Source: Candidatus Jorgensenbacteria bacterium RIFCSPHIGHO2_02_FULL_45_20 (GTDB lineage: Bacteria > Patescibacteriota > Minisyncoccia > UBA6257 > GWB1-50-10). From it: a DNA stretch of 44,927 bases. Location: assembly GCA_001779535.1 (NCBI GenBank), contig MFKJ01000023.1:1-44927 (forward strand), given 5' to 3'. Positions 37,003 through 44,927 of the stretch are shown here, piece by piece. The stretch's first letter is position 1, and every line of letters begins with the position of its first letter. Position numbers and translations under genes: made by a program. The notes beneath the pieces were generated by a model. The model was not told where the DNA came from and did not search any database. It saw only the letters and a program-made list of their open reading frames with translations.

Positions 37003-37410
37003 CTAATCAAAATTTATTGTAAAGTTATACATCCCCATAGCACAAAGTCCTTGCAGAGTCGTTCCGGCTTTTTGCGGAGGCACATTGATAAGTGTCTCAC
37101 CCGAAGGAGGAAGATTTTTGCGATAGCCCAAACTCGGGATGCTTATGGCAGACGAGCAATCGAACGTCCCGCGGGTGTCAACTTTAATAACAGTTGGCAT
37201 ATCGGCTTTAGCGGTCGTAACTTTTGGAGAATAGCCGCCCTTCGCGCTTATTGTGATAATCTGCTTGCCGAGAATGATGCTTACGTTGTTTGCGTCTTGC
37301 GCCGCCGCGCCAGCGCCATTCGAATTACCATTTTTCAAAACAAACATAATAGCTCCTCCGATAAGGACTGCGGCAATTATTATTGATACGGCAGTGGTTT
37401 TCATAGTCAT
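37003..37410 (-). CDS. Cupredoxin-like domain protein with an N-terminal anchor
   Basis: GGYSP...TFDCSSAISIPSLG...LINVPPQKAGTTLQGLCAMGMY, a pattern typical of small cupredoxin-fold proteins encoded beside metal exporters. Confidence 0.6.
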   Translation of the reverse strand: MTMKTTAVSIIIAAVLIGGAIMFVLKNGNSNGAGAAAQDANNVSIILGKQIITISAKGGYSPKVTTAKADMPTVIKVDTRGTFDCSSAISIPSLGYRKNLPPSGETLINVPPQKAGTTLQGLCAMGMYNFTINFD

Positions 37411-37454
37411 TTAGTTGTTTATATTTTATCAATTCTTTGTTTAGATATTGAGAA

Positions 37455-38440
37455 TCAGAAGCTGAAAAACGGCGGGATGGCTCCAAAAGCGACAAGCGCG
37501 TTGACCAAATTAAATATCCCAAAAAAAACAACAACCAATCCGGCGGTTTTGAAGAACACACCCGACTGCGCTTTATTGTGGATACCGAGCGAACTGAATG
37601 ATAGAAGCGCGAGCACCGGCAACGTGCCAAGGGCGAATGTAAACATGATAAGCGAGCCGCCCCAAAAACTGCCGGTAGTCAGTGTGTAAATCTGCATTGA
37701 TTGCGTAAAACCGCACGGCAGAAAAAATGTCGCAACGCCGATCAATAGAGGTGTAAGCGTATGGCTTATATTTTTGAGCCCATGAACGCGCTTACCGATA
37801 AAACTTGGCATGGTGGGCTGGATATTCTTTATTCGCGGGAATACATCCAGAAGATTAATGCCGAGAATCAGAAGGACGATGGCGACGACAAAACTTAGAG
37901 CTAAAGCGCCGGTCGCGCCGAGCTGGAACGCCGAACCAAGCACGCCAATCAGGCCGCCGAGCACGAAGAAAGAAACAAGTCGCCCAAGATGAAATAGAAT
38001 TTGCGGCCGCGCCTTGTCGCCCTCCTTTGCAAAGTTAGCAGACATCGAAAGCGCCAGCCCGCCGACCACGGCCATGCACGTTGAAACGGAAGCGATAAGC
38101 CCTATCACGAATGCCGTGCCGTAGCCAACTTGCGATGTAGTCACTAAATTTATGATGCCAAGTTTCTGCAAAATGATAAACAAAGCAATGAAACAAAGTG
38201 CGACAGGGAATGCCAGCCGAAAGTCCGACCACTTAGCATAATGTTTCTGCCTTTCAATAGAAAGCGTATATCCATGCGGCTTAATCACCTCGCTTAAGTC
38301 GCGTGCCACATGCTCGGCCTCCTTATCGCCGAACTCGCCGGTAACTTCGACACTTCCGGCACATCGCCAAGTTCGCTTTCAATAAGCGCTATACACGCCT
38401 TGCAATGCATGCCGTTTACGTGAAATATATATGTTTTCAT
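37455..38440 (-). pseudogene. HMA domain fused to a TauE/SafE (DsbD_2-like) membrane protein, interrupted by a frameshift/deletion in the HMA domain
   Basis: The ATG at 38440 gives MKTYIFHVNGMHCKACIALIESELGDVPEV and then runs out of frame to a stop at 38294. The rest of the HMA domain (SVEVTGEFGDKEAEHVARDLSEVIKPHGY) continues in the frame of ORF 37455-38309. Confidence 0.6.
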
Positions 38441-38443
38441 ATT

Positions 38444-40735
38444 TTATATTTTCTTTGCTTTAAGCCGTAATGAATTGCCGACAACCGACACGCTTGAAAA
38501 CGCCATCGCGAGCCCCGCGAATATCGGATTCAAAAGCCAGCCGAAAATTGGATAAAACAATCCTCCGGCAAGGGGAATGCCGACAATGTTATAAAAAAAC
38601 GCCCAAAAGAGATTTTGCTTGATACCGCGCATCGTGAACTTCGACAACCGCACGGCCTTCACCAGTTTCGAAATATCGCCATGAAGAAGCGTAATGCCGG
38701 CCGTCTCAATCGCTACGTCCGTGCCGGTTCCCATCGCGATGCCGACATCGGCCTGCGCGAGAGCGGGAGCGTCATTTATGCCGTCACCGACCATCGCTAC
38801 GATACGGCCCTCGCCCTGCAACTCTTTTATCTTGCTTAGTTTGTCGTCCGGAAGCACTTCGGATACCACATCATCTATGCCAACCTCCCGCGCAATCGTT
38901 TGAGCGGTATTTTTATTGTCGCCGGTCAGCATAACTACTTTGATATTGAGTTTGCGGAGATTCCGGACCGCCTCGATCGCCTCCGGCTTTATCGCGTCAG
39001 CGACCATCACGACACCGAGCACCTTGTCTGCGGCCGCGAGGATAACCGGCGTCCGGCCCTTCAGGGTTTCCTCCTCAATGCTCCGAGCATCAAATGCGAT
39101 ACCCAGCTCTGAAACAAGTTTGGTGTTACCGGCAAAATACCGGATGCCTTCAATTGTACCCCGCAGACCCTTGCCCTTGATTACTTCCAAATGTTCAACT
39201 GGTCGTAATGAAACCTGATTCAACCGCGCGCGTTCGACAATGGCATGCGCGATAGGATGTTCGGACTTGCTTTCAAGCGACGCGAGTATCGAAATAACTT
39301 CCTGCTCGTTATATCCCGAATATGTTTTAACTCCGGTGAGTTCCGGCTTGCCTTTGGTAATAGTGCCGGTTTTATCAAGCACAATCGTATCCGCTCTATG
39401 CAGTTTTTCAAGTGTCGCGGCGTCCTTGATTAAAATGCCTTCTTTTGCTCCTTTGCCGACACCAACAATTATTGCGGTCGGCGTGGCAAGACCGAGAGCG
39501 CACGGGCAGGCGATAACAAGAATGCCGACTAATGAAGTAAGTCCATAGGAGAGAGTTTGAGAAAAGCCGAGAACCGGTATCCCGATTACAAGCCATGCGC
39601 CAAGCGCGAGGAACGCAAGCACCAACACAATCGGTACGAATACGCCGGAGATTTTATCGGCGAGCGCCTGGATGGGAGCGCGGCTTCCCTGCGCGTTCTC
39701 AACCATTTTGATGATATGGGCAAGCAATGTCTCGGCTCCGACTTTTGTCGCTTTGAATATAAATGAGCCGATTGTGTTGATTGTACCGGCCGCAACCGTA
39801 TCGCCGGTATTTTTCTCAATGGGCATGGACTCTCCTGTAATCATTGATTCGTCAACAAATGACGACCCGTGAGACACGACCCCATCTACCGGAATCCTGG
39901 CACCGGGCTTTACTATAATTTGGTCGCCGTGCGCCACTTGATTTATAGAAACCTCTTGCTCCTCGCCGTCTCGAATAACGATTGCTTTCTTTGCCTGAAT
40001 ATTAAGAAGTTTTTCGATGGCGTCTCCGGTTTTTATTTTCGCTCTCGCTTCAAGATATTTACCGAGTGTAATAAAGGCGACGACCACAATGGTAACGTCG
40101 TAATATGTGTGCTGAACGTTGAGAAACGGCCGCAAGGATTCTTCGAACGCCGTTACAATAAAACTGTATGTAAATGCTACCGACGTACCGATGCCGATAA
40201 GCGTGTCCATATTGGCTTTGCCATAGCGCAAGAAACGGTAAAAGCCCATAAGGTACGGCTTACCGACCACGAAAAGCGTATACGTTGCGAAGATAGGCAG
40301 AAGATGGCGGACAAATTCATACATAGCGGCAGACATTTCGCGAATCACTCCGAACTGCGCCAGCGCATCAAGCCCCATAATGATAATGCTGAAAACGGCT
40401 ATGGGAGTGGCGGCTATTACTTTCGCCCGCATATCGGCGACCTCGGCGAGTTTGTCCCGTTTTGACTGGCCGATGCCGGTGTGATCGGCGCGCTCTTCCG
40501 CCGACATTCCCATTTCTTCAGCCGCAGGCACGACAAGCGAATATCCAAGCGGCTCGATGTGTTTAGATAGGGTATCGGGATTTGTTTTCAAAGGGTCATA
40601 GGAAACTTTCGCTTTTTCAGTCGCGTAATTGACTTCCACGGACTGGACGCCCTCCGTTTTTCTGAAGGTCTTTTCGATGATTGACGAACACGACACGCAG
40701 TGCATTCCTTTTACTTTGTATGTCTGGGTGTACAT
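38444..40735 (-). CDS. copA: Copper-translocating P1B-type ATPase
   Basis: N-terminal HMA GMHCVSCSS, the CPC motif (ACPCALGLATP), DKTGTIT and GDGINDAP. Confidence 0.95.
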   Translation of the reverse strand: MYTQTYKVKGMHCVSCSSIIEKTFRKTEGVQSVEVNYATEKAKVSYDPLKTNPDTLSKHIEPLGYSLVVPAAEEMGMSAEERADHTGIGQSKRDKLAEVADMRAKVIAATPIAVFSIIIMGLDALAQFGVIREMSAAMYEFVRHLLPIFATYTLFVVGKPYLMGFYRFLRYGKANMDTLIGIGTSVAFTYSFIVTAFEESLRPFLNVQHTYYDVTIVVVAFITLGKYLEARAKIKTGDAIEKLLNIQAKKAIVIRDGEEQEVSINQVAHGDQIIVKPGARIPVDGVVSHGSSFVDESMITGESMPIEKNTGDTVAAGTINTIGSFIFKATKVGAETLLAHIIKMVENAQGSRAPIQALADKISGVFVPIVLVLAFLALGAWLVIGIPVLGFSQTLSYGLTSLVGILVIACPCALGLATPTAIIVGVGKGAKEGILIKDAATLEKLHRADTIVLDKTGTITKGKPELTGVKTYSGYNEQEVISILASLESKSEHPIAHAIVERARLNQVSLRPVEHLEVIKGKGLRGTIEGIRYFAGNTKLVSELGIAFDARSIEEETLKGRTPVILAAADKVLGVVMVADAIKPEAIEAVRNLRKLNIKVVMLTGDNKNTAQTIAREVGIDDVVSEVLPDDKLSKIKELQGEGRIVAMVGDGINDAPALAQADVGIAMGTGTDVAIETAGITLLHGDISKLVKAVRLSKFTMRGIKQNLFWAFFYNIVGIPLAGGLFYPIFGWLLNPIFAGLAMAFSSVSVVGNSLRLKAKKI

Positions 40736-40739
40736 TAAA

Positions 40740-41015
40740 TTATTTGCGCTTCAGTTTGTACACCTTGAGGATTTCCTCTTTGGCTTTTTTGGTTTGGCCG
40801 GATTTCACCTGTTCGAGAATACAGCCGCTTAAATGGTTTTCAAGCAGAAGGTCCTCGACGTTTGAAAGTCCCTGTTTCACGGCCGATGTTTGCGTAATCA
40901 CGTCAATGCAGTATATGCCCCTCTCGACCATTCTCTGTAATCCGCGCACCTGACCCTCTATAAGTTTCAATCTCCGCACGATTCGCCCCTTATTCTCGTC
41001 CTTTATGTATTTCAT
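40740..41015 (-). CDS. csoR: CsoR-family copper-sensing repressor
   Basis: RLKLIEGQVRGLQRMVE...YCIDVITQTSAV...HLSGCI contains the CsoR C-H-C ligand pattern. The ATG at 41015 is preferred over the ORF-track start at 41027. Confidence 0.9.
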   Translation of the reverse strand: MKYIKDENKGRIVRRLKLIEGQVRGLQRMVERGIYCIDVITQTSAVKQGLSNVEDLLLENHLSGCILEQVKSGQTKKAKEEILKVYKLKRK

Positions 41016-41024
41016 GCCTAAAAG

Positions 41025-41048
41025 CATATACCCCCTCGGGGGTATATG
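41025..41048. promoter_or_regulatory. CsoR-type operator
   Basis: CATATACCCCC-TC-GGGGGTATATG has 11-bp inverted arms and lies 10 bp upstream of the csoR ATG. It resembles known TACCC-N-GGGTA CsoR operators. A minus-strand TTGACA lies at 41063-41068. Confidence 0.75.
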
Positions 41049-41068
41049 TCAATCTGCGGATATTTGTC

Positions 41069-41092
41069 AAAAAAAACGCTTCCGCGTTTTTT
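41069..41092. terminator. Bidirectional hairpin terminator between parA-like and csoR
   Basis: AAAAAAACGC-TTCC-GCGTTTTTT. Confidence 0.5.
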
Positions 41093-41147
41093 CTAATTAC
41101 CAGAAAAACCCTCGCGTTCCTGGTCGTCAAATTTACGCATTTGGACT

Positions 41148-42164
41148 TTAGTACGCCGAAAGAACCTTCAAAATATTTTTTGAAAGATTGGCAAACTCCT
41201 CTTTTGATTTCTCGATATTTTCTTTCGTGCCTTGCTGGTTATCGGCTATTAGCGCGGGGTCAATATCAAAAATCGCAACTCCAAGTTCTTGGCACTTAGC
41301 CGGAATCCTGCCATAATCCTGAATTATATTTAATGGGTTTTCCCAGCTCTCCTTTACAAGTCCATTCCGACAATGCTTTTCCGAAAGATAAATGCGTACT
41401 TTTTCTGGAATCTTTTCCATCCACGCGCGATGGTCGGCAATCGGTTGCTTGCCGTAAACATTATATGAATTAACTATGTATCCTATAAAAAGAGGGTCTC
41501 CGGGTAACACCAGTTTTGTTTCGGTGTTGCCTGCCAGCGCTTTGGCGGAATTTCGCCATTGTATTTTCCATTTTTCATAAACAGTTCCTAAATTTTCAAC
41601 ACCTTGAACGCTAAAAGCGTCTGGTATCATTGGCACAGCAAAATAATCCGCCCCGAGTAAAATCATCTGATTCAGCAACCCCAAACTCGGCGAGGTATCA
41701 ATAATAAAAATGTCTATCTGTTCACTCAACCCTTTTTCTCGTAAAAATCGATCAATGGCGCTTGTTTGGAAATACCCGATTGGTTGTCCGGAAGCCGCTT
41801 GCCCATAAGCGGTTGAAAGCAATCCTTCATAGACAGAAAGATTTATATCACCCTTGAGGAGCAGAAGATTTTTATCTGCTTTAACAGGAAGAAGCTTTAC
41901 GGCAAGGTTTATGTCGCTACCGCCCTCAACCACGCCGCGCAAAACATCATATACGGTTTTTTCTGTTTCTGAAAAAAGATTTTTTATATAATATTCTTCA
42001 CCCATAGCCAGACGGGAAAGATTACATTGCGGGTCCAAATCAATAAGAGCGGTTTTGTATCCCTCTTTGGCAAATGAAACGGCGCAATTAAAAGCCAAGG
42101 TCGTCTTGCCGACCCCGCCTTTGTTATTTACAAAAATAAGTTTTTTTGAGCGAGGAAATTTCAT
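41148..42164 (-). CDS. ParA/Soj-like P-loop ATPase, unusually long (338 aa)
   Basis: Deviant Walker A NNKGGVGKTT, and DLDPQCNLS. TATAAT (42172-42177, minus strand) lies 7 nt before the ATG. Confidence 0.8.
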   Translation of the reverse strand: MKFPRSKKLIFVNNKGGVGKTTLAFNCAVSFAKEGYKTALIDLDPQCNLSRLAMGEEYYIKNLFSETEKTVYDVLRGVVEGGSDINLAVKLLPVKADKNLLLLKGDINLSVYEGLLSTAYGQAASGQPIGYFQTSAIDRFLREKGLSEQIDIFIIDTSPSLGLLNQMILLGADYFAVPMIPDAFSVQGVENLGTVYEKWKIQWRNSAKALAGNTETKLVLPGDPLFIGYIVNSYNVYGKQPIADHRAWMEKIPEKVRIYLSEKHCRNGLVKESWENPLNIIQDYGRIPAKCQELGVAIFDIDPALIADNQQGTKENIEKSKEEFANLSKNILKVLSAY

Positions 42165-42268
42165 TGACTACATTATATACAATAATGAATCAGCAGACAA
42201 TAATCGCAATCAAAAAAATCGCTATTCCAAAAAGACACAGTCAATAGTATGGCCGTGCCTGATATTCT

Positions 42269-42277
42269 TGTGGATAA
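42269..42277 (-). promoter_or_regulatory. Exact TTATCCACA (plus strand reads TGTGGATAA) upstream of the LexA-methyltransferase gene
   Basis: Read directly. TATAAT at 42308-42313 lies 6 nt before the ATG at 42320. Confidence 0.5.
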
Positions 42278-42319
42278 CTACCCCTTTCACACTTTCGATT
42301 TACTTTCTATAATATCACT

Positions 42320-43822
42320 ATGGTAACGAAAAGGCAAAAAGAAGTCCTCGATTTTATAACTGATTATCAAGAACGAAAAGGATATGCCCCCTCTCTTGAC
42401 GAAATACGCAAGAAATTAAAACTCTCGTCTGTCTCAACGGCTCATTTTCATGTCTCCAAGCTCCGCGATTTGGGATATTTATCCAAAGAAGAAAATAAAC
42501 CGCGCTCTATTGAAGCGTTTGGCCGCGAGACAATGGTAAAAATTCCTCTTTTGGGAACTATTGCCGCCGGTCAGCCAATAGAGGCAATACAAACTAAAGA
42601 AATGATTGCTGTTCCCAAAAGTAAAATTCCATCTTCGTCAGAAGTTTACGCTCTCCGCGTAGTCGGAAGCAGTATGATTGACGAAAATATAAACGATGGC
42701 GATGTGGTTTTAGTGCGTCAACAAGAAACCGCCGAAAACGGACAAAAAGTGGTGGCTCTCATAGACAATCACGAGGCAACCTTAAAGAAATTCTACAAAG
42801 AGAGGGGGCATATCCGCCTACAACCGGCAAACAAAACTATGGAGCCGCTTATTTTTCGGAATGGACGAGACGTTTTAATTCAAGGTGTTGTACTCGATGT
42901 TATTCGTGATGGCGGTTTTATGTCTCCAGTAGAAGTTTATCCAGACGCAAAGCTTCTTAATCGAGAAAGAAAAGTCAAAGATAGAGAAGCGAAAGAAAGG
43001 GCGCGGGGTGGCACAAAATTTCAAAAAGAAGCTTTTGCGGTTGCGCAAGCAAACGGCATTAAGAAGTTTACAGACAAAATTATATGTGGCGACAGTGAAG
43101 AAGTTTTGCGTAAAATCCCAACTGATTCGATTGATATTATCATTACATCTCCACCGTATAATTTCGGCATAGAATATAAAGACGATAAGAAAAATGATGC
43201 GGTTCGCTGGGACGAGTATTTTAAGAAGATAGACGCAATTTGGAAAGAGTGCGCGCGCGTTCTAAAACCCGGAGGGCGGCTCTGCCTTAATGTGCAGCCA
43301 TTGTTTTCAGATTACATTCCGACACATCATTTGATGTCAAAACAACTACTTAATCACGGGCTAATCTGGAAGGGAGAAATTTTGTGGGAGAAAAATAACT
43401 ATAACTGCAAGTATACTGCATGGGGCAGTTGGAAAAGCCCTAGTATGCCATATCTAAAATACACATGGGAATTTGTTGAAGTTTTCTCAAAAAATACACA
43501 CAAAAAAGCTGGCGACTCGTCAAAAGCCGATATAACAGGCGACGAATTCAAAAAATGGGTTTATGCAAAGTGGTCCATCGCTCCCGAACGAAACATGAAA
43601 GAATATGATCATCCTGCAATGTTTCCAAAGGAGTTAGCAACGCGACTAATGAAACTCTTTAGTTATCAAGACGATATTGTACTTGATCCGTTCAACGGCG
43701 CGGGGACAACCACCCTTTGTGCCGCAGAAACAGGCAGAAAATATATTGGAATAGATATTTCTCCAAAATACTGCAAGATCTCCGAGAAACGAATAAAGAA
43801 AATTCCGGCGAAGTTATTTTAG
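42320..43822 (+). CDS. Fusion protein: complete LexA (wHTH plus S24 autopeptidase) fused to a beta-class N4/N6 DNA methyltransferase
   Basis: Residues 1-198 align along the whole of E. coli LexA: KRQKEVLDFI..., the cleavage site IAAG (A83-G84), the nucleophile GSSM (S118), and the base TLKKF (K156). Residues ~250-500 have motif IV IIITSPPY before motif I DPFNGAGTT (PF01555-type order). Confidence 0.85.
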   Translation: MVTKRQKEVLDFITDYQERKGYAPSLDEIRKKLKLSSVSTAHFHVSKLRDLGYLSKEENKPRSIEAFGRETMVKIPLLGTIAAGQPIEAIQTKEMIAVPKSKIPSSSEVYALRVVGSSMIDENINDGDVVLVRQQETAENGQKVVALIDNHEATLKKFYKERGHIRLQPANKTMEPLIFRNGRDVLIQGVVLDVIRDGGFMSPVEVYPDAKLLNRERKVKDREAKERARGGTKFQKEAFAVAQANGIKKFTDKIICGDSEEVLRKIPTDSIDIIITSPPYNFGIEYKDDKKNDAVRWDEYFKKIDAIWKECARVLKPGGRLCLNVQPLFSDYIPTHHLMSKQLLNHGLIWKGEILWEKNNYNCKYTAWGSWKSPSMPYLKYTWEFVEVFSKNTHKKAGDSSKADITGDEFKKWVYAKWSIAPERNMKEYDHPAMFPKELATRLMKLFSYQDDIVLDPFNGAGTTTLCAAETGRKYIGIDISPKYCKISEKRIKKIPAKLF

Positions 43823-44430
43823 AGATGCTCTTTTAATGCGCGCTCAAAGTATTTGATTGCGTGGTCTAATCTTTCGGGACGAAGTGGTTTATAAAACTGC
43901 TTTTTGTGTATTTCCCCTTTGATGTTTCGTTCTCCATCCAGAATAGTGATGATCTCAATGTCGAGATTTGGAAAATGATGCTCAAGAACTTTGACCGATG
44001 GGCTTCCGTTCGGATGATCAACGGCAATGGAGTAATCGCCGCCAAGCATGCTTTCTAATTGGAAAAGGCAGAATTTGAGTTTTGGAAAATGCTTTTTGAG
44101 CAAAAAGGCATCAACTAATATGCGTTTATACATCGCGACCTCTGCATACGCCTTACACTCAATTGAAAGCACAAATTTATCATCAATATAAACCTGTTTA
44201 TCTTGAGACAGTTTATAGACATTTCCCATTCTATCACTGATGGGATATTTTGTTTTGTTGATTTTGATGCGCGAAGGTTTGCCGCCGATATTTTTCCATA
44301 CGAGTAAAACCATCTCCTCTGCCATCGTCTCAACGAGCGTGCCTTTCAGCGAACGTAAAGTGCCGCCGGCACGAATGCGCCACATTTTTCGTATTGTTCG
44401 CTCGTAAAATTTTATAAATTTATCGAACAT
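43819..44430 (-). CDS. Type II restriction endonuclease candidate (PD-(D/E)xK)
   Basis: 203 aa. IDDKFVLSIECKAY fits D...ExK. It is convergent with the methyltransferase, with overlapping stop codons, and lies directly downstream of a controller-type HTH gene. Confidence 0.6.
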   Translation of the reverse strand: MFDKFIKFYERTIRKMWRIRAGGTLRSLKGTLVETMAEEMVLLVWKNIGGKPSRIKINKTKYPISDRMGNVYKLSQDKQVYIDDKFVLSIECKAYAEVAMYKRILVDAFLLKKHFPKLKFCLFQLESMLGGDYSIAVDHPNGSPSVKVLEHHFPNLDIEIITILDGERNIKGEIHKKQFYKPLRPERLDHAIKYFERALKEHL

Positions 44431-44431
44431 A

Positions 44432-44653
44432 TCATTTCAAAAAGTAATCGGCCGTCTTCTTATAAATTTGTGCGAATTTCTTCATCTCCGCCACATCAAG
44501 CCGTCTTTCCCCGGACTCGATTTTTGAGATATAGGATTGCGGCTTCCCAAGTTTGTCAGCTACCGCCTGCTGGGACAAATCTGCCTCAATACGCGCTCTC
44601 CTCAAGCGTTCTATTATTTCCTTGTAATATTTTGAATAAATTGACTTGCTCAT
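44432..44653 (-). CDS. XRE-family HTH protein, RM controller (C-protein)-like
   Basis: 73 aa with LSQQAVADKLGKPQSYISKIESGERRL. Its stop is 1 nt before the endonuclease ATG. Confidence 0.75.
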   Translation of the reverse strand: MSKSIYSKYYKEIIERLRRARIEADLSQQAVADKLGKPQSYISKIESGERRLDVAEMKKFAQIYKKTADYFLK

Positions 44654-44726
44654 ACTTATTTAATTTGCCCTTGACTCACCGCGCCAGCGCGCGGGCTTCG
44701 GCTTTCTTTTTTGAAAAATTCGGCGG

Positions 44727-44927
44727 CTATTGTTTTTGCTCTACCTTCTTAATTCTACCGGCTATTTCGTCAAACCTGTCCTTGTCGTCCAATCGTTCGC
44801 GCGCTTCGTCAAATGTTAACCAGTGCCCGCCTTTGCCCTCCAAAACATCAAATTTTTCTTGATCTGTATGATACAAAAACATGTATCTGATAATTTTGCG
44901 CTCGTTCCACATAGTTGTGGAAATGCC
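44727..44927 (-). CDS. Hypothetical protein, probably the C-terminal part of a longer ORF running off the window
   Basis: The frame stays open upstream of the ATG at 44912 to the window edge (GISTTMWNERK...). No motif recognised. Confidence 0.4.
   Translation of the reverse strand, partial: GISTTMWNERKIIRYMFLYHTDQEKFDVLEGKGGHWLTFDEARERLDDKDRFDEIAGRIKKVEQKQ

Overview
The window looks like chromosome from a small-genome, Candidate Phyla Radiation (Patescibacteria/Parcubacteria-like) bacterium. That placement is an inference from the rRNA peculiarities and the gene content.

Layout, left to right:
- 1-2016: four small accessory genes, each preceded by a degenerate copy of a SEC-C motif tail.
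- 2041-4313: a PfkB kinase and a hypothetical protein.
- 4418-6882: a stand-alone 16S rRNA gene of about 2.46 kb, interrupted by several insertions. One is an ORF-less group I intron at E. coli position 788.
- 7070-15045: a type IV pilus-like cluster. It holds a CheY-like receiver, two mosaic pilin paralogues, PilB, PilC and two pseudopilins with LamG domains.
- 15327-19610: fba, an RF1 lacking domain 1, a lytic transglycosylase, bL25 and bL31.
- 19938-23819: a separate 23S-5S unit with its own consensus promoter. The 23S is about 3.69 kb and carries eight insertions.
- 24032-36333: class II ribonucleotide reductase, CapA, a NUDIX/MazG/NUDIX trio, membrane proteins, TypA and GlpQ.
- 37003-41015 (minus strand): a csoR-copA-(frameshifted HMA/TauE)-cupredoxin copper operon with a textbook CsoR operator.
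- 41148-44927: a ParA-like ATPase followed by a restriction-modification module.

Most notable observations:
1. One ~66-nt three-hairpin module, with AT-rich long forms, recurs at 8 sites in the 16S, the 23S and the group I intron, with compensatory stem changes. A second insertion family is also shared between 16S and 23S.
2. The RM methyltransferase is fused in frame to a complete, apparently cleavage-competent LexA.
3. The 16S 3' tail has no CCUCC anti-Shine-Dalgarno sequence. This matches SD-less and apparently leaderless starts across the window.
4. A polypyrimidine-TTAAAATA-polypurine element family recurs in intergenic regions.
5. Four exact TTATCCACA (DnaA-box) 9-mers all sit at promoters.

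No tRNA, CRISPR array, transposase or integrase was seen.
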